DNA of 64,000 bases from Octopus sinensis (taxonomy: Eukaryota). The stretch covers positions 16,864,001-16,928,000 of the forward strand of contig NC_043007.1 of NCBI RefSeq assembly GCF_006345805.1. Reading direction: 5' to 3'. The notes beneath the pieces are model-generated. The model saw nothing but the letters and a program-made list of their open reading frames with translations, made no database searches and was not told where the DNA came from. A program made the position numbers and the translations under genes. Position 1 is the first letter of the stretch. Each line of letters begins with the position of its first letter. Shown here piece after piece: positions 11,405 through 23,662 of the stretch.

Positions 11405-11760
11405 TGTAGGTGTTAACATCATCTCCTTCGAAATAGTCACCTTGTGCAGCAATACACCGGTCCCAGCATTCCTGCCACTTTTGGAATCCAGCCTGGCAGT
11501 TGTTTTCTATAAGCAAGTTGAGGACCTTCTGCGATTCACTCTGGATTTCGATAAAGGTGTTAAAACAGCAAGTTCTGGGCTACATTTTCATCTTGGATAA
11601 GACATGGAATTCCGCAAGTGCTAAATCTGGTGAATAGGGCGAATGGAGAAGCGATACCATGTTGTTTTGGGCAAGAAACTCACATGTGAGGAGAGCTTAG
11701 TGACAGTGGGCATTGTCGTCGTGATGAATCCAGATTCAGTCACCTTTGCCATATGTCCTC
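11405..11760 (-). mobile_element. Mariner transposase 3' remnant
   Basis: Minus-strand translation includes HHDNAH, SPYSPDLA and CIAAQGDYFEGD. Confidence 0.75.
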
Positions 11761-11799
11761 CCTCAAACGCTTCAAAACTTTGTAGAACTTTCAGAAAGT

Positions 11800-14700
11800 C
11801 AGTTCCACACCCAACTGCAGGATGAACATCTGGGGAACAGGACCTCTTCTGAGTTTTTAAGGCACATCCGTGAACTCAGCTACGACGCCCTTGCGGACAG
11901 CTCATTCGTCAAGAAGTTGTTTTTCTCCCGTCTGCTAAACAATGTACAGACTATACTGGCTAATATGGTTGACACAAGTACAATCCACCCAACTGCCGCC
12001 TCAGCGGACAGAATTGTGGTATTTCCTCACCGCGGCTGATAGAACCGTTGCTGCTGCTTCTTCGTCTCCGACGGCACAGTCTACCTCAACAGGCGAAGAT
12101 GCCACATTAAAAGCTATTGAACGCTTAACACACCCAAGTCGCCAACCTGTGTCGTGCACGTGCGACACTTCAGCATCGCTTGCAAGGTCGATCTTCCTCT
12201 CGTCGTCGTTCCAGCCCGTCGCCACACCATCTACCGTGAATTGGTACCACCCAAGGGTCAAGGAGAACGCACGTCAGTATGTTAAGCCCTGTTAATTTGG
12301 GGCATCAGTAAACTAAATTCGGAGAGTCTGGATACGTCAGATCTCTCCCACATTATCTTGCTTTTTTCATCAGAGATCTCGTCTCGAACAAGTTGTTTAT
12401 GGTGGACACAGGATTGAGTTTCAGTGCTTGGCCCTTAAGGTTCATCTCAACCAAACTGAACCCTTCCGGTATTTTTTTATACGCGGTGAATCAGTCTCCC
12501 ATCAAGACCTATGGTCAGATATCTTTATCATTGGACCTATCTTTACGTCGGGACTTTAAGTGGATTTTTACCATTGCCGACCTTCCTCACCCGATCCTAG
12601 GAGCCGACTTCCTGCACCATTATTCTCTTTCAGTGGATGTTAGAGGGCGCTGATTTCTTGATGGTACCACTTCCCTCTCTGTCTCCGGGAAGAATTCTGC
12701 TGTTCCTACGGTGAGTCCTTCTGTCCTTGTGGCTGCTTCTGGGGGCACTTACCTCCAATTACTCGCTTCGTTTCCAGAGATGACCAACTTGACCTTTCAT
12801 CCAACGGATCCAGTTTATAACGACCAAAGGACCTCCAGTGTTTTCTAGGCCTCGTCGTTTGTCTCCTGAGAAACACAGGACCGCCCGGTGTGAATTCCAA
12901 CACATGCTCCAGCTGGGTCTTATTCGTCCTTCCTCGAGCCCATGGGAAGCACCTTTACACATGGCCAGGAAGAATGAAGCTGACTTTTAGACGCCTTAAT
13001 ACTGTCCCTATTCCAGACCGTTAACAGATACCTATTTTCAGGATTTTTCTTCTGCCCAGCATGGCTGTAAGGTTTTATTTTCTAAAATCATCCTGGTACG
13101 CGCGTACCATCAGATTCCTGTCAATCCCGATGACATTTCAAGCACAGCCGTTACTACCCACTTTGGTACATTTGAGTTCTTGTCTTTGCCTTTTGGTCTT
13201 CGAAATGTGGCCAGGTTCATTGATGAGGTTGTTCGTGGGTTGGACTTTGTCTTCGCATATGTCGATGAACTCCTAATCGCCAGTAGAACTCAAGATCAGC
13301 ACATAACCCAACTGTTCAAGCGTCTGCGTTCCTATGATATGAAGGTCAACCCTTCCAAGAGTGTATTTGATTCTACCAGCCTGGAATTCTTGGGGCACCT
13401 TATTGATGCCAACGGCATTCGTCCGCTTCCCTCTAAAGTGGAAGTCATCAAACGCTTGCCTCCTCCTGTGTCTTTAAAGCAGCTTCGCCATTTTTACGGA
13501 TCAATTTCTATCACCGCTTCATCCCTAACTGCGCGAAGAAGTTTGCTTCTCTTGACCCAGATTTTGAAGGATCAAAGAAAGAAAAAATGACCCGTTTCAC
13601 TGTCTCTTGACACTACGCAAGCTTTTGAAATCATTGAGGCTGATCTTGCTCAAATTCATTTTCTTGCGCATTCTGTCTCTGATGCCAGACTGTCTTTAAA
13701 CGGTTGACGCTGCCGACCTAGCTGTGGAAGCGGTTTTACAGCAATCAGTCAACGGTCAAACCCAGCCACTGGCTTTTTTCTCTCACCAATTACGGTATAG
13801 AGATTTTGGAAAGGCGAGTACTTCTCTCACCTCCTCAAAGGTAGAGATTTCACGGTATTCACCGATCACAAACCTCTAACTTTCGCTCTATTTACCAAAG
13901 CTGATCGATACTAGCCGAGAGAAACAAAACACCTGGATTTCATATCCCGGTTCACTAATGACATTTGCCATATCGCCGGAACCGATGACATACCCGCAGG
14001 CGCCCTGTCTCGTCTTCTTGTTTTTTCCTTGTCGTCTCCGGCCTCGATAGATTTGGTGCCTTCCTTGAACTCTCTTGATGTCTCATCACCACAGTTTTCC
14101 TGTTGCAAATTGGAGCACCTGCCACCATGTTCTGAAGAAACCATACTCGATGTTCTTGAGCATCACCGTCCTGTTTTTGACGCCCTGAAGTCGCTGTCAC
14201 ACTTCAGGAATTGCGGCCACAGTAAAGCTTATCTCGGATTATTGCTTGATCTACAGTCTATCTACAGTGTCAACGGTCAAGTTGCATCGTCAATGGTCAC
14301 GGTGTATCGTCCCCTGCTTTCAGCCATATGGCGTAGTGGGCAATTATGGAGTGAATTTTAGGGTTTATAAATCAAATATTCTCCTATCCTTCCTTAATAC
14401 CGGTTCCCATATGCTGCTCATATCTACACTCGGTCTACTTAGGAGGCTGTTGTGTCCCAACATATGTGCTGCTTCTTTTAGTTTTCTTATTTTCCAGTGG
14501 TGTTCTCTGTCTATTATTTTAACTTCATCCCTCAGGGGGGGGGTCTCCATTTTTCCATACATGATCAGCTATACCAGATGTATCAATATCTCCTCATTCG
14601 TAGCTTTGCCATGTTCCTCTACCCTTATTTTGAGGGGGCGGCATGTTTCGCCTTTCTATGACTTACCACAGCTGCATGTAATAGAGTACACGTAGTTCTT

Positions 14701-16200
14701 AGTCATATTCTCTTCTATTGGTGGTTTTACTCGAAGGAAATATTTGCGAAGTGTTGTATTACTCTTGAATACTATCCTGATGTCATATCGGCCGCATATC
14801 TTTTGTATATTTTCGGGGAGGCCTTTCACATAAGATAGACAGACTGTGGACCGTTTATCGGTTTCATCCTCTCTTTTCTTCATAATTGGAATGGAGAGTA
14901 TGCTTTAGGAGAAGTTGTTGCTTCATAGATTGTTACTGAGCTTGATCATTTCTTCGTGGGGGTATCAGGATCGCTACTTATATTCATTGCTCTATGTTTT
15001 AGGCACTGACCAATCCCTCTCTTTACACTGTATGGATGGTGAGAGTTGAAATTGAGGTATCGTCCAGTAAAGGTCAGCTTGCAGTATACGGATGTCCTGA
15101 ATCCATACTTGGTGCATGTTATTAATACGCCCAGGAATGCCAGTTGATTGTCTTTTTCCTTTTCCATTGTGAACTGTATGGAGGGCTTTATTGAGTTCAC
15201 ATCATCTAACAGCACTTGGACATCTTCCTGGTGGGGCCAGAGTATAAAGGTGTCATCAACATATCGCAGACATAGGGTTGGTTTTAGTGATGTTGATCCT
15301 AAAGCCAAACTCTCAAAGTATTCCATGTTATATATTGGCTATTATCGGTGATAATGGCGAACCCATAGCTAAATCCTCTTCTTGTCGATATATATATATT
15401 AGTGTCCATACTGAAGTAGACAGTTTCTACACGGGAGGTCAACATTTCCATCAAGTTTTTTATTGGTATACTAGTGCGTACTTGTTTCTAATTGGTATAC
15501 TCGGAGTTCAGAATATTCACACGACGGGTTACCACCCAGCTGTAAACAGGATAATGGAATGTTTCCATCAGCAGAAATTCGTGCTGCTCCTGACCCTCAA
15601 CGCTGGTCCGAATTTCTTCCCATTGTCCTACTGGGTTGCCGATCAGCTGTAAAGGAGGATCTAGGCTACTCCTCCGCTGAACTTTTGTATGGCACTACTT
15701 TGACGGTCCCTCGCCAAATGTTGGTGCCTGTCGACCTACCAAACGTGGATCCTGCATCATACATTACACGACTCAGGTCATTCTTCGCTGACCTACCACC
15801 AATGCTTCCACACGACCAGTCTGTGCCTTCTGCAGTCCCTCCGGACATTTCCATATGGAGTCAAGTATTCATATGGAATGATTCCGTCAAAGGACCACTC
15901 ACAGCCACTCACAGCACCTTACTCAGGTCTCTATCGTGTTCTAAAGAGCACGCCTAATCTGTTTACCGTAGACATTAATGGTAAAAAAAGGCTGTCTCTA
16001 TTGACAGTGAAAAAAGCTTTTTCTGAAGCACTTATACCACTCGCAGACACACCATCATACAACAGACACTTTCACTTTCACTTCCACAGACACACCCACC
16101 ACCACAAGCACCTCCTCCACTTATTACCAAACGGACTTTACAAACACATTCTTCTTCACCCTACATGACACGCTCGGGCAGATCGGTTCATTGGCCAAAG
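11800..16200 (+). mobile_element. Decayed Ty3/gypsy retrotransposon internal region (gag-PR-RT-RNaseH-IN), interrupted by Penelope
   Basis: Gag-like QLQDEHLGNRTSSEFL; protease FMVDTG (12393); RT PFGLRNVARF...FAYVDELLIAS...LEFLGH (13180-13500); RNase H FTVFTDHKPL; integrase HTTGYHPAVN and AVKEDLGYSSAELLYG. Multiple frameshifts. Confidence 0.9.
14345..15420 (-). mobile_element. Penelope-like element fragment (RT C-terminus plus GIY-YIG endonuclease)
   Basis: AMGSPLSP, LRYVDDTFILW, FTMEKEKDNQLAFLGV, RYLNFNSHHP, YVYSITCSCGK and WKIRKLKEAAHM motifs on -. Confidence 0.9.
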
Positions 16201-16669
16201 AAACTGTCCAAGACAATTTATATTTCATAACTTTGCCTTGTCGTAAACTGTTCTGGTGAATATACCCTATTTGCTATGTACACACCGCACGCATTTTTCT
16301 CGTCTCACCAACATTGTGCATTTCACACGCTTGCTTACAAACATAAAGAAACACTGTATATATGTACACACACACACCATACACACATTTCTCTTTTTTT
16401 CAGCAAGACTGTTCCTATTTTCAGATTTGCCTGTCGAAGATGAAAAAATTAGCTTGTACCTGTGTATGACACATTTTGTTCTCTTCCCGAACAGACATTG
16501 TTTTTCTGCATCTTTCTTTCATGTTTGTAACTTTGCATTGTTCATACAACTGTATTGCCATGGTTCATTTTCTGTGCCTCTCCATCTCACCATGAGACAA
16601 GTAACGGCAAGTAGCCATTAAACAGCCATGACTTGGATTCCACAGAAAATGAACATGGTCTTCACTTAC

Positions 16670-17066
16670 TCTTTTACTCTTTTACTTGTTTCAGTCATTT
16701 CACTGCGGCCATGCTGGAGCACCGCCTTTAGTCGAGCAACGCGACCCCGGAACTTATTCTTTGTAAACCCAGTACTTATTCTATCGGCCTCTTTTGCCGA
16801 ACCGCTAGTGACAGGGACGTAAACACACCAGCATCGGTTGTCAAGCAATGCTAGGGGGACACACAGACACACAAACATACACGCACACACACACACATAT
16901 ATATATACATATATACGACAGGCTTCTTTCAGTTTCCGTCTACCAAATCCACTCACAAGGCTTTATAGTAGAAGACACTTGCCCAAGGTGCCACGCAGTG
17001 GGACTGAACCCGGAACCATGTGGTTGGTAAGCAAGCTACTTACCACACATCCACTCCTGCACCTAT
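16670..17066 (-). mobile_element. SINE family A
   Basis: Reverse complement of the 10824 copy with an internal deletion. Confidence 0.85.
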
Positions 17067-17439
17067 GGTTTTCACCTGTAAATATTTTGTATAACTTATT
17101 CTACTTGTGCATATCTGAGACCTCCATTAAAAGGCATAAAAACTACAACTTAATTCTGAGATGTTCAATACACGGTGTTCTTTCTTCGAGAAGTGATATC
17201 TTCTTTTCCACACTTACTGAACGGAACCGTTATTTAGACGGTTCTGCCACATTAGGCCACAGTACATCTAAAGACCCATTGCCTCGTCGTCGTAAGCTCG
17301 CCGAAGCATGCTCAAAGACTCTGTAGCAGAATTCCCAAGTTAATGCAAAATTTCACGTTGGTTCTTTGTTCCAACTTCTCCATCACAGAATCGCAGACTA
17401 CAGCATACACGTGATCGCAAAAACACAAATTTCACTCCA

Positions 17440-17985
17440 GCCTATGGCGTAGTGGTTAAGAGCGCGGGCTACTAACCCTAAGATTCCGAGTTCGATTCCA
17501 AACAGTGACCTGAACAACAACAACAACAACAATAAAAGCATCGGAAAAAAATATCTTAGGAATGAGAACCCAGGTTCGAAATTTCCCCAAGACACCTGAA
17601 GAAGGCTGGAGGGTATATCAGCCGAAACGTTGTGTTAACAACAAACAAGATGAGGATATTTCGTTTTGGGATTTGGTTTGCAAGATTCTTTATATGAGTT
17701 CGTGTGTTGAGGCATATTCTGTTGTGTCTGGGGAGAGTCATTCTCTTTTAGTGCCTTATTATTTAACACATTCACCGGTAAAATTTCCACTTATTTCTTA
17801 TTTTTTATTTTCTAAAATGTTTCGTTGCGTCTTGCAACCTTTTCAATAGTCTTAAATAATAAGGCACTAAAAGAGAATGACTCTCCCCAGACACAACAAG
17901 ATGATGACAAATATCCGTCTAATGTAAATAATGTACATAATTCCTCATCCCTTAAATATAGAACTGTATTTCTTTTTAGTTGGGA
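17440..17985 (+). mobile_element. tRNA-headed SINE-like element with a hammerhead-like motif
   Basis: A box TGGCGTAGTGG (17445) and B box GAGTTCGATTCC (about 17488), then (CAA)n, then the hammerhead motif at 17591-17636. Confidence 0.7.
17591..17636 (+). ncRNA. Minimal type I hammerhead-ribozyme-like motif
   Basis: Stem I GACAC/GTGTT; core CTGAAGA(17596-602) plus an extra A; stem II GGCTG/CAGCC with a 10-nt loop; GAA; palindromic helix III ACGT; GUU triplet, predicted cut after 17631. Confidence 0.68.
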
Positions 17986-18204
17986 GAGATAACCCAATTT
18001 TTTGATGGGGGTGAGATAACCAAAAAGTACTCATAGTTTTTTTTAACTTGACAGCTGATCCTAGAAACTCAGAATTATGTCATAATCATATGTGCATAAT
18101 TAGCAGATAGAATGGGCAAAAAGTCAGGAATACGCATCTAATAAATGGCCGCATATCGATATTACCATAAGACTGGTTTTCCTTCCCAGGAGAAATCTCT
18201 CCCT

Positions 18205-18521
18205 ATATATATATATATAAAAGTGAAGTTGTGTGAGTGTCTGTCTCCTACGATTTAGATTCCTAACTACTCCCACATTTGTAGACGATGAGTCTACGAT
18301 TTTAAAAATAATTTACCATCATTTTTTCCATTTTAATGCATTTTTTCGCTATTATATAAGGGAAGTAACTCTCTAAAAATGTCTACGATGAGTCAACGAT
18401 TAAAAAAAAATTACCATCATTTTTTATTCCATTTTTAATGCATTTTTTGCTATAACTCTCTAAAAATGCTTATATAGTTATTTCCCTTACAAACCCGAGC
18501 AACGCCGGGCGATATTGCTAG
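18205..18521 (+). mobile_element. Second Helitron-like family, directly upstream of the 18523 copy
   Basis: Ends CCCGAGCAACGCCGGGCGATATTGCTAG-T; body differs from the 5858 family. Confidence 0.65.
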
Positions 18522-18522
18522 T

Positions 18523-18912
18523 ATATATATAAAGCTGAAGTTCTCTGTGTATGGCTGGTTTGGTAGCCTTCAACTAACACTATCTCCTCCGAGACCCTGC
18601 AGCGCAAGTTGACCAAAATTGAGAGTATGATAGAAGAAGGCTTGCTCTTCCTTCCGTAGAAGAAAAAATTCAAATCGGACCATGTTAACACCAAAATTTA
18701 TTTACATCAAAAGGGTCCTTTTTTTCTATGAAAATCCCTAATTTTTTTACGTTTTTTTTTACTGCTGTATCGCCATTTTTCGGTGTATTTCAACCAGAAA
18801 AATGTTCACTTAAAGAGAATAACAAGCTACATAATGCAAAATTTTTACTTTTCAAAAAATCAAATTCTAAAGGGTCGAAACAAACCCGAGCAACGCCGGG
18901 CGATACTGCTAG
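18523..18912 (+). mobile_element. Non-autonomous Helitron-like element
   Basis: Reverse complement of 5858-6228; 3' hairpin plus CTAG. Confidence 0.75.
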
Positions 18913-18999
18913 TTTATTGATTATAGTAGTCCACATAATGGTGTGTGGGATTTAAATGTTAAAGGGGAGAAGAGGAAAGGGTGCACAGGACGGAGATGT

Positions 19000-20015
19000 A
19001 AAAGGAACCATCCCCCTCTTTAATCTTTTTTTCTTTTACGGAATCCCACGTTTTAGGCTATGGGGATTCCGATTCTGAAAAAAAAAAATTTCAAAAATCG
19101 CAACTTCCAAATTTCATGGTGAGTAGATTGATTACATATTTCTTTGCTGTTTTGTGAGATTTAGCTGTCATTTCTAGCATGTGGATAGCCTGCTTGAAGG
19201 CCAAATCAGTAGAATCGGGAGTGGAGGGAGTTGGGTATTTTACTTATTTATTTATTACTCTTTTTTTTACTCTTTTACTTGTTTCAGTCATTTGACTGCG
19301 GCCATGCTGGAGCACCGCCTTTAATCGAGCAACTCGACCCCGGGACTTATTCTTTTGTAAGCCCAGTACTTATTCTATCGGTCTCTTTTGCCGAACCGCT
19401 AAGTAACGGGGACGTAAACACACCAGCATCGGTTGTCAAGCAATGCTAGGGGGACAAAACACAGACACACAAACATATACACACACACACACACACTTAT
19501 GTATATATACATATATACGACAGGCTTTTTTCAGTTTCCGTCTACCAAATCCACTCACAAGGCTTTGGTCGGCCCGGGGCTATAGCAGAAGACACTTGCC
19601 CAAGATGCCACGCAGTGGGACTGAACCCGAAACCATGTGGTTGGTAGACAAGCTACTTACCACACAGCCACTCCTGCGCCTATTTTGATTTTGATTTTTC
19701 CAGTTTCAGCTCATGAGCTGTGGCCATGCTGGGGCACCGCCATTTATTTATTTATTTATTTATAATTTTTTTTTTTTTGAAATTTTACAAACAATTTTTT
19801 TCAGAATCATAATCTCCGTATTTTTCTATGTATTTCGCAATTAAAAAAAAAAAAAATTCCGGAAAAAGTGACAAATTTAGAAATGGGAGTGGGAGTGGAA
19901 TTGAAATTTTGAAGTTGCGGTTTTTGGAAATTTTTTTTTAGAATCGGAATCTCCATAGCATAAAACGGGGGATTCCGTAAAAATATTAAAAAATTCATAG
20001 AGAGGAGGGTTCCGT
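19000..20015. mobile_element. TIR element remnant (about 110-bp inverted arms) with a nested SINE A
   Basis: TTTTACGGAATCCC...GATTCTGAAAAAAA (19035-19085) vs TAGAATCGGAATC...GGATTCCGTAAAAA (19940-19983). Confidence 0.6.
19262..19683 (-). mobile_element. SINE family A, full length
   Basis: Reverse complement match to the 10824 copy. Confidence 0.87.
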
Positions 20016-21172
20016 TGACATCTTCGCCATGTGTGCCCTCCTTTCATCATACTGACCTCATCTTACCCCTCTCCCTCCCCTTCACTTCTACTACTTCCAT
20101 TCACTCCCCCGATTACCGACCTACCTCTCCCTCCCCCGCTTTACATCTATTTCTTCTTGCTCTTCCTTTACCTCTCTATCCCACCTTCCCAAGCCGATGT
20201 CGGTTTGTTTACGTCCCTGTGACTTAGCAGTTCGGTAAAACACGTGGACAGAATAAGTACCAGGCTTTTAAAAATAAGCTCTGGGATCGATTCGTTCGAC
20301 TAGAAAACTCAACAAAAGCGGTGCTCCAGCAGGGCTGCAGTTCAATGACTGAAAGAAGTAAAAAATAAAAAGATAAGATAACCCCCACTCACACAGTGAA
20401 GCTGATTCTTTTCCCTACCTTCCTCCTGGGGGTAACTATGTTCCCCTTCCACGTTGGGGTCGATTAAAAAAATGGCAGTTCTATAATAAGTTTCGTCCCA
20501 ATCGAGTTCTCTCTATCCATACGTTTAAAAAATAGTTTTTGCTAACCTAAGAAATTACTTAGCAGCAACAACAACTACAACACTAGCCAAAAAGTGAGGC
20601 GGAAGTAACAATTATGCTAATTTTTTCCACTCGTAGAGTCTATTGCAACTCTCGAGGTATCTATTATGCTACACCACACCTTAAAGCACTTATCACTCGA
20701 AATGGAGTGACGCTATTGTCCTAGAACTCAGATGAAAGTAAATAAGATCAAACAGAGAGAAAGAAAGGGAAGGAGGAAGAGGTGAAAGGAAAGCTTGAGT
20801 GTGAGAGAAAGGAAGATATAAGAGAGAGAAAGTGAGGATAGTTAGAGTGAAAGAGAGATGAGAGAGAAAGAGAAAGATTTCCTGGACAGTTATGCTCGAT
20901 ATTTTCTCACGTAGCTTTTTGTCTTCCAACTAACAACCAATTGTAGCATTCGGATGAAGTTAAGCATCATATAAATATCCAGACATTGCCTCCCCAGACT
21001 CACTCAGTCTGAGGAATAAGTCAAAGCAACACTGTATAAGAACATATATAATATACTTCTTTCTTTTCTCTCGCACGCACACACGCATAAATATCCAACA
21101 CAAAACAAGGATAAAGTCTGTATATAAATATTTATAAAACATATATTTTTTATTTTAAAATTAACACAAAAT

Positions 21173-21257
21173 ATGGGTATATTGTTTTCACGATTTACAT
21201 TTTCCCATTCAAACCGCGAAGAATCGCGCATTATGATGCTTGGATTAGATGCTGCAG
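21173..21257 (+). CDS. ARF-family small GTPase, coding exon 1
   Basis: MGILFSRFTFSHSNREESRIMMLGLDAA-G; Gly2; donor GTAAGC at 21258, phase 1. Confidence 0.92.
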
Positions 21258-23023
21258 GTAAGCAATTTTTTCTTTTCTTTTCTTTAATCAGTTTTTGATA
21301 TTCTATAACTTTTATTTTGTTTCTATCTAAGTAACATTTTTGTATCGTCCGCCTTGTGGACGGAAGACACACATCTATTATAGACGGGAGATCAGCTTTC
21401 AATTTTTTTAAAACTTTAGCTGAACTTGTTTGTTTTAGCTGGTAGAGGCCCTGGGCGAGGAAAATTCTTTTACAGTATTTAATAACTCGTAAAGCGGCAA
21501 GCTGGCGTTAACTGTTGGCAACGCGTGGAAAACAGCTTAGTAGCATTTCGGCCGTCTCTGTGTTCTGAGTTCAAATTCTGCTGAGGCTGACTTTGCCTTT
21601 CATCCTCTTGGGGTCGATAAAATAAGTACCGGTCGAGCATTCGGGTTGATGTAATCGACTTCCCCACCCCTTATAATCCGCTGGCCTTGTGCCAAAATAA
21701 GTAAAAAAAAAATATTTAATACCTCGTTGTTGTTTAACCTCCAAGGCATCCTTGATCCAACCAAACGCTGACCAGTTGTGACCAGCTCCCATTTTGTTTT
21801 TTAAGACATCGGCCTGTGAAGTTATCTTTTCGACATTTCAGGGGTCAATAAAATAAAATACTATGCACTGAAGGAGGGTCGATTCTACTAACAGCTCGCC
21901 CCCGCCACTTTCAGAGCCATCTTAGGGCATAAGCACACCGAACAGTTGCCCGAGGGCCTCATGAGTCTAAGGGCCTAATTCTGATGTATGTATGTTGTGG
22001 ATTACTTTCAATAAATAAATGTTATAAGCCCCAGTGCATTGATTTTTCCCGGAGCCTTATAACACCTAATATTTTATGAGGAGCGGGTGGGGTTAATGTT
22101 TCTAACAAGGATTCTTTTTAAATGTAGGAACGAAACGATAAGAGCTGTAAAAGAATACAGCAAGGTATTATTTTGGCCGACATCTAATGATTCTAGGCAG
22201 GGCATATGTAATCAGTACTTCAAAGAGTTGAGTCTTGAGCTCCTAATTGGTTTGTTTAAGCTAAAATTATTGAATAAATGAAATAACTGTGTCTCATTAT
22301 TGCTCTACTTTTGAAATTAAATAGCAATTAAGAATTAATCACATCATAATGGGTAATTATACAAATGTAGAAGCAGGTGGCCAGCAGAAAAGTCAAGGTG
22401 CCGGACTAAATATCTAACGTCTCTCCCATGTCGTTAAGTGTTAATCCCCATCAACAGCAATTTTTGCTTATCTTTCTTCAGTTGACTAAAAATAAGATAC
22501 CAGATAAATATTGGGGTCAATTTGGTTGATTATATCTCCCACCATCACCTCTATAAACCGGATGGGCACTTCCTTACCGCCAGTAACAGAGAGCAGTGAC
22601 CATTTTTTTTTCCATACGTCCCATCTCTGATGAGTGTACTTTATTAGATAGCTGTCTGATTATTCTGATATCCAAGGCAAAAGCAGTTTGTAAAATTGGC
22701 TGTAATGGATCTATAATACTGTATAATTCAATAAATATACACACACATGCTTACATATATGTGTGTGTGTGTGTATTTAAGTGTTGGGCATGTTCCTAGT
22801 GGTAAGCCAATGAAGCACGTTCACTGCCGAGTGAAAACAGAGTTTATTTAACGAAATACCCCCTTATAACATCACCTGAGGAGATGCGTCTGCACCAAGG
22901 GATGCACCACAACCAGTTATGCAGTATCCCACTCATGAAGGACCGATTCAAGATGTGTCGAAACGATCATTGTGAGCAATAAAGTTTCTCATATATTCCA
23001 TGCTCCATCTCTATCACTCGTTT

Positions 23024-23058
<35 letters not shown>

Positions 23059-23241
23059 AAGATAAGAAAATGGAGAAATACATCTAAATCAAATATCAAT
23101 TACCAGATAATACTCAATCACATACTTTATTAAACCACCACATAAGAGACTGTAGGGTTAAACATAAAAAAGCAGAACATGTTATCCCATGGAGGGTTGC
23201 ATTTACAACCCCTATCTCAATTTGTATATATATATATATTT

Positions 23242-23600
23242 CCTTTACTTGTTTCAGTTAACAGATTGTGGTCATGCTGGAGCACTGCATTAATGGGTTT
23301 AGTTGAAAAAGTCGTTCTAATTATATTTTTTCCTAAAACTGATACTTATTCTATCGGTATCTCTCTGCCAAACCACCAAGATACAGGGACGGAAACAAAC
23401 CAACAGTTGTTAAGCAGTAGTGACACACACATATAAGTATATACGATGGGTTTCTTTCAGTTTTTGTCTACCAAATCCACTCCCAAGTCTTTAGTCGGCA
23501 TGACGCTATTGTAGAAAACACTTGCCCAAGGTCATATGCAGTGGAGCTGAACTCAGAACCATGTGGTTTGAAAGCAAACTTCTTATCACACAGGCACCTC
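23242..23600 (-). mobile_element. SINE family A, diverged
   Basis: Reverse complement similarity. Confidence 0.75.
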
Positions 23601-23662
23601 TGCACATAAATATATCTGTGTGTGTGTGGGTGTATATACACACACACACACACACACACAAA

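Noticed and set aside
16200-16660. Candidate 3' LTR of the gypsy element
   Set aside because: No polypurine tract, no clear TG...CA pair and no second copy; the nearby LTR-like family (9841) could not be linked to this gypsy body.
17440-17500. Possible tRNA gene (also the heads at 4282 and 46800)
   Set aside because: A and B boxes are present but I could not close an acceptor stem, and each continues into a repeat body, so these are SINE heads.
20600-21172. Putative ARF promoter (GCGGAAGT motif, GA-rich tract)
   Set aside because: Motifs are too short to support without transcript start data.
22928-22976. Hammerhead-like CTCATGA-AG-GAC...GTC-GAAAC
   Set aside because: G5 is replaced by C and no convincing stem I or cleavage triplet is present; at most a decayed Penelope-type end.
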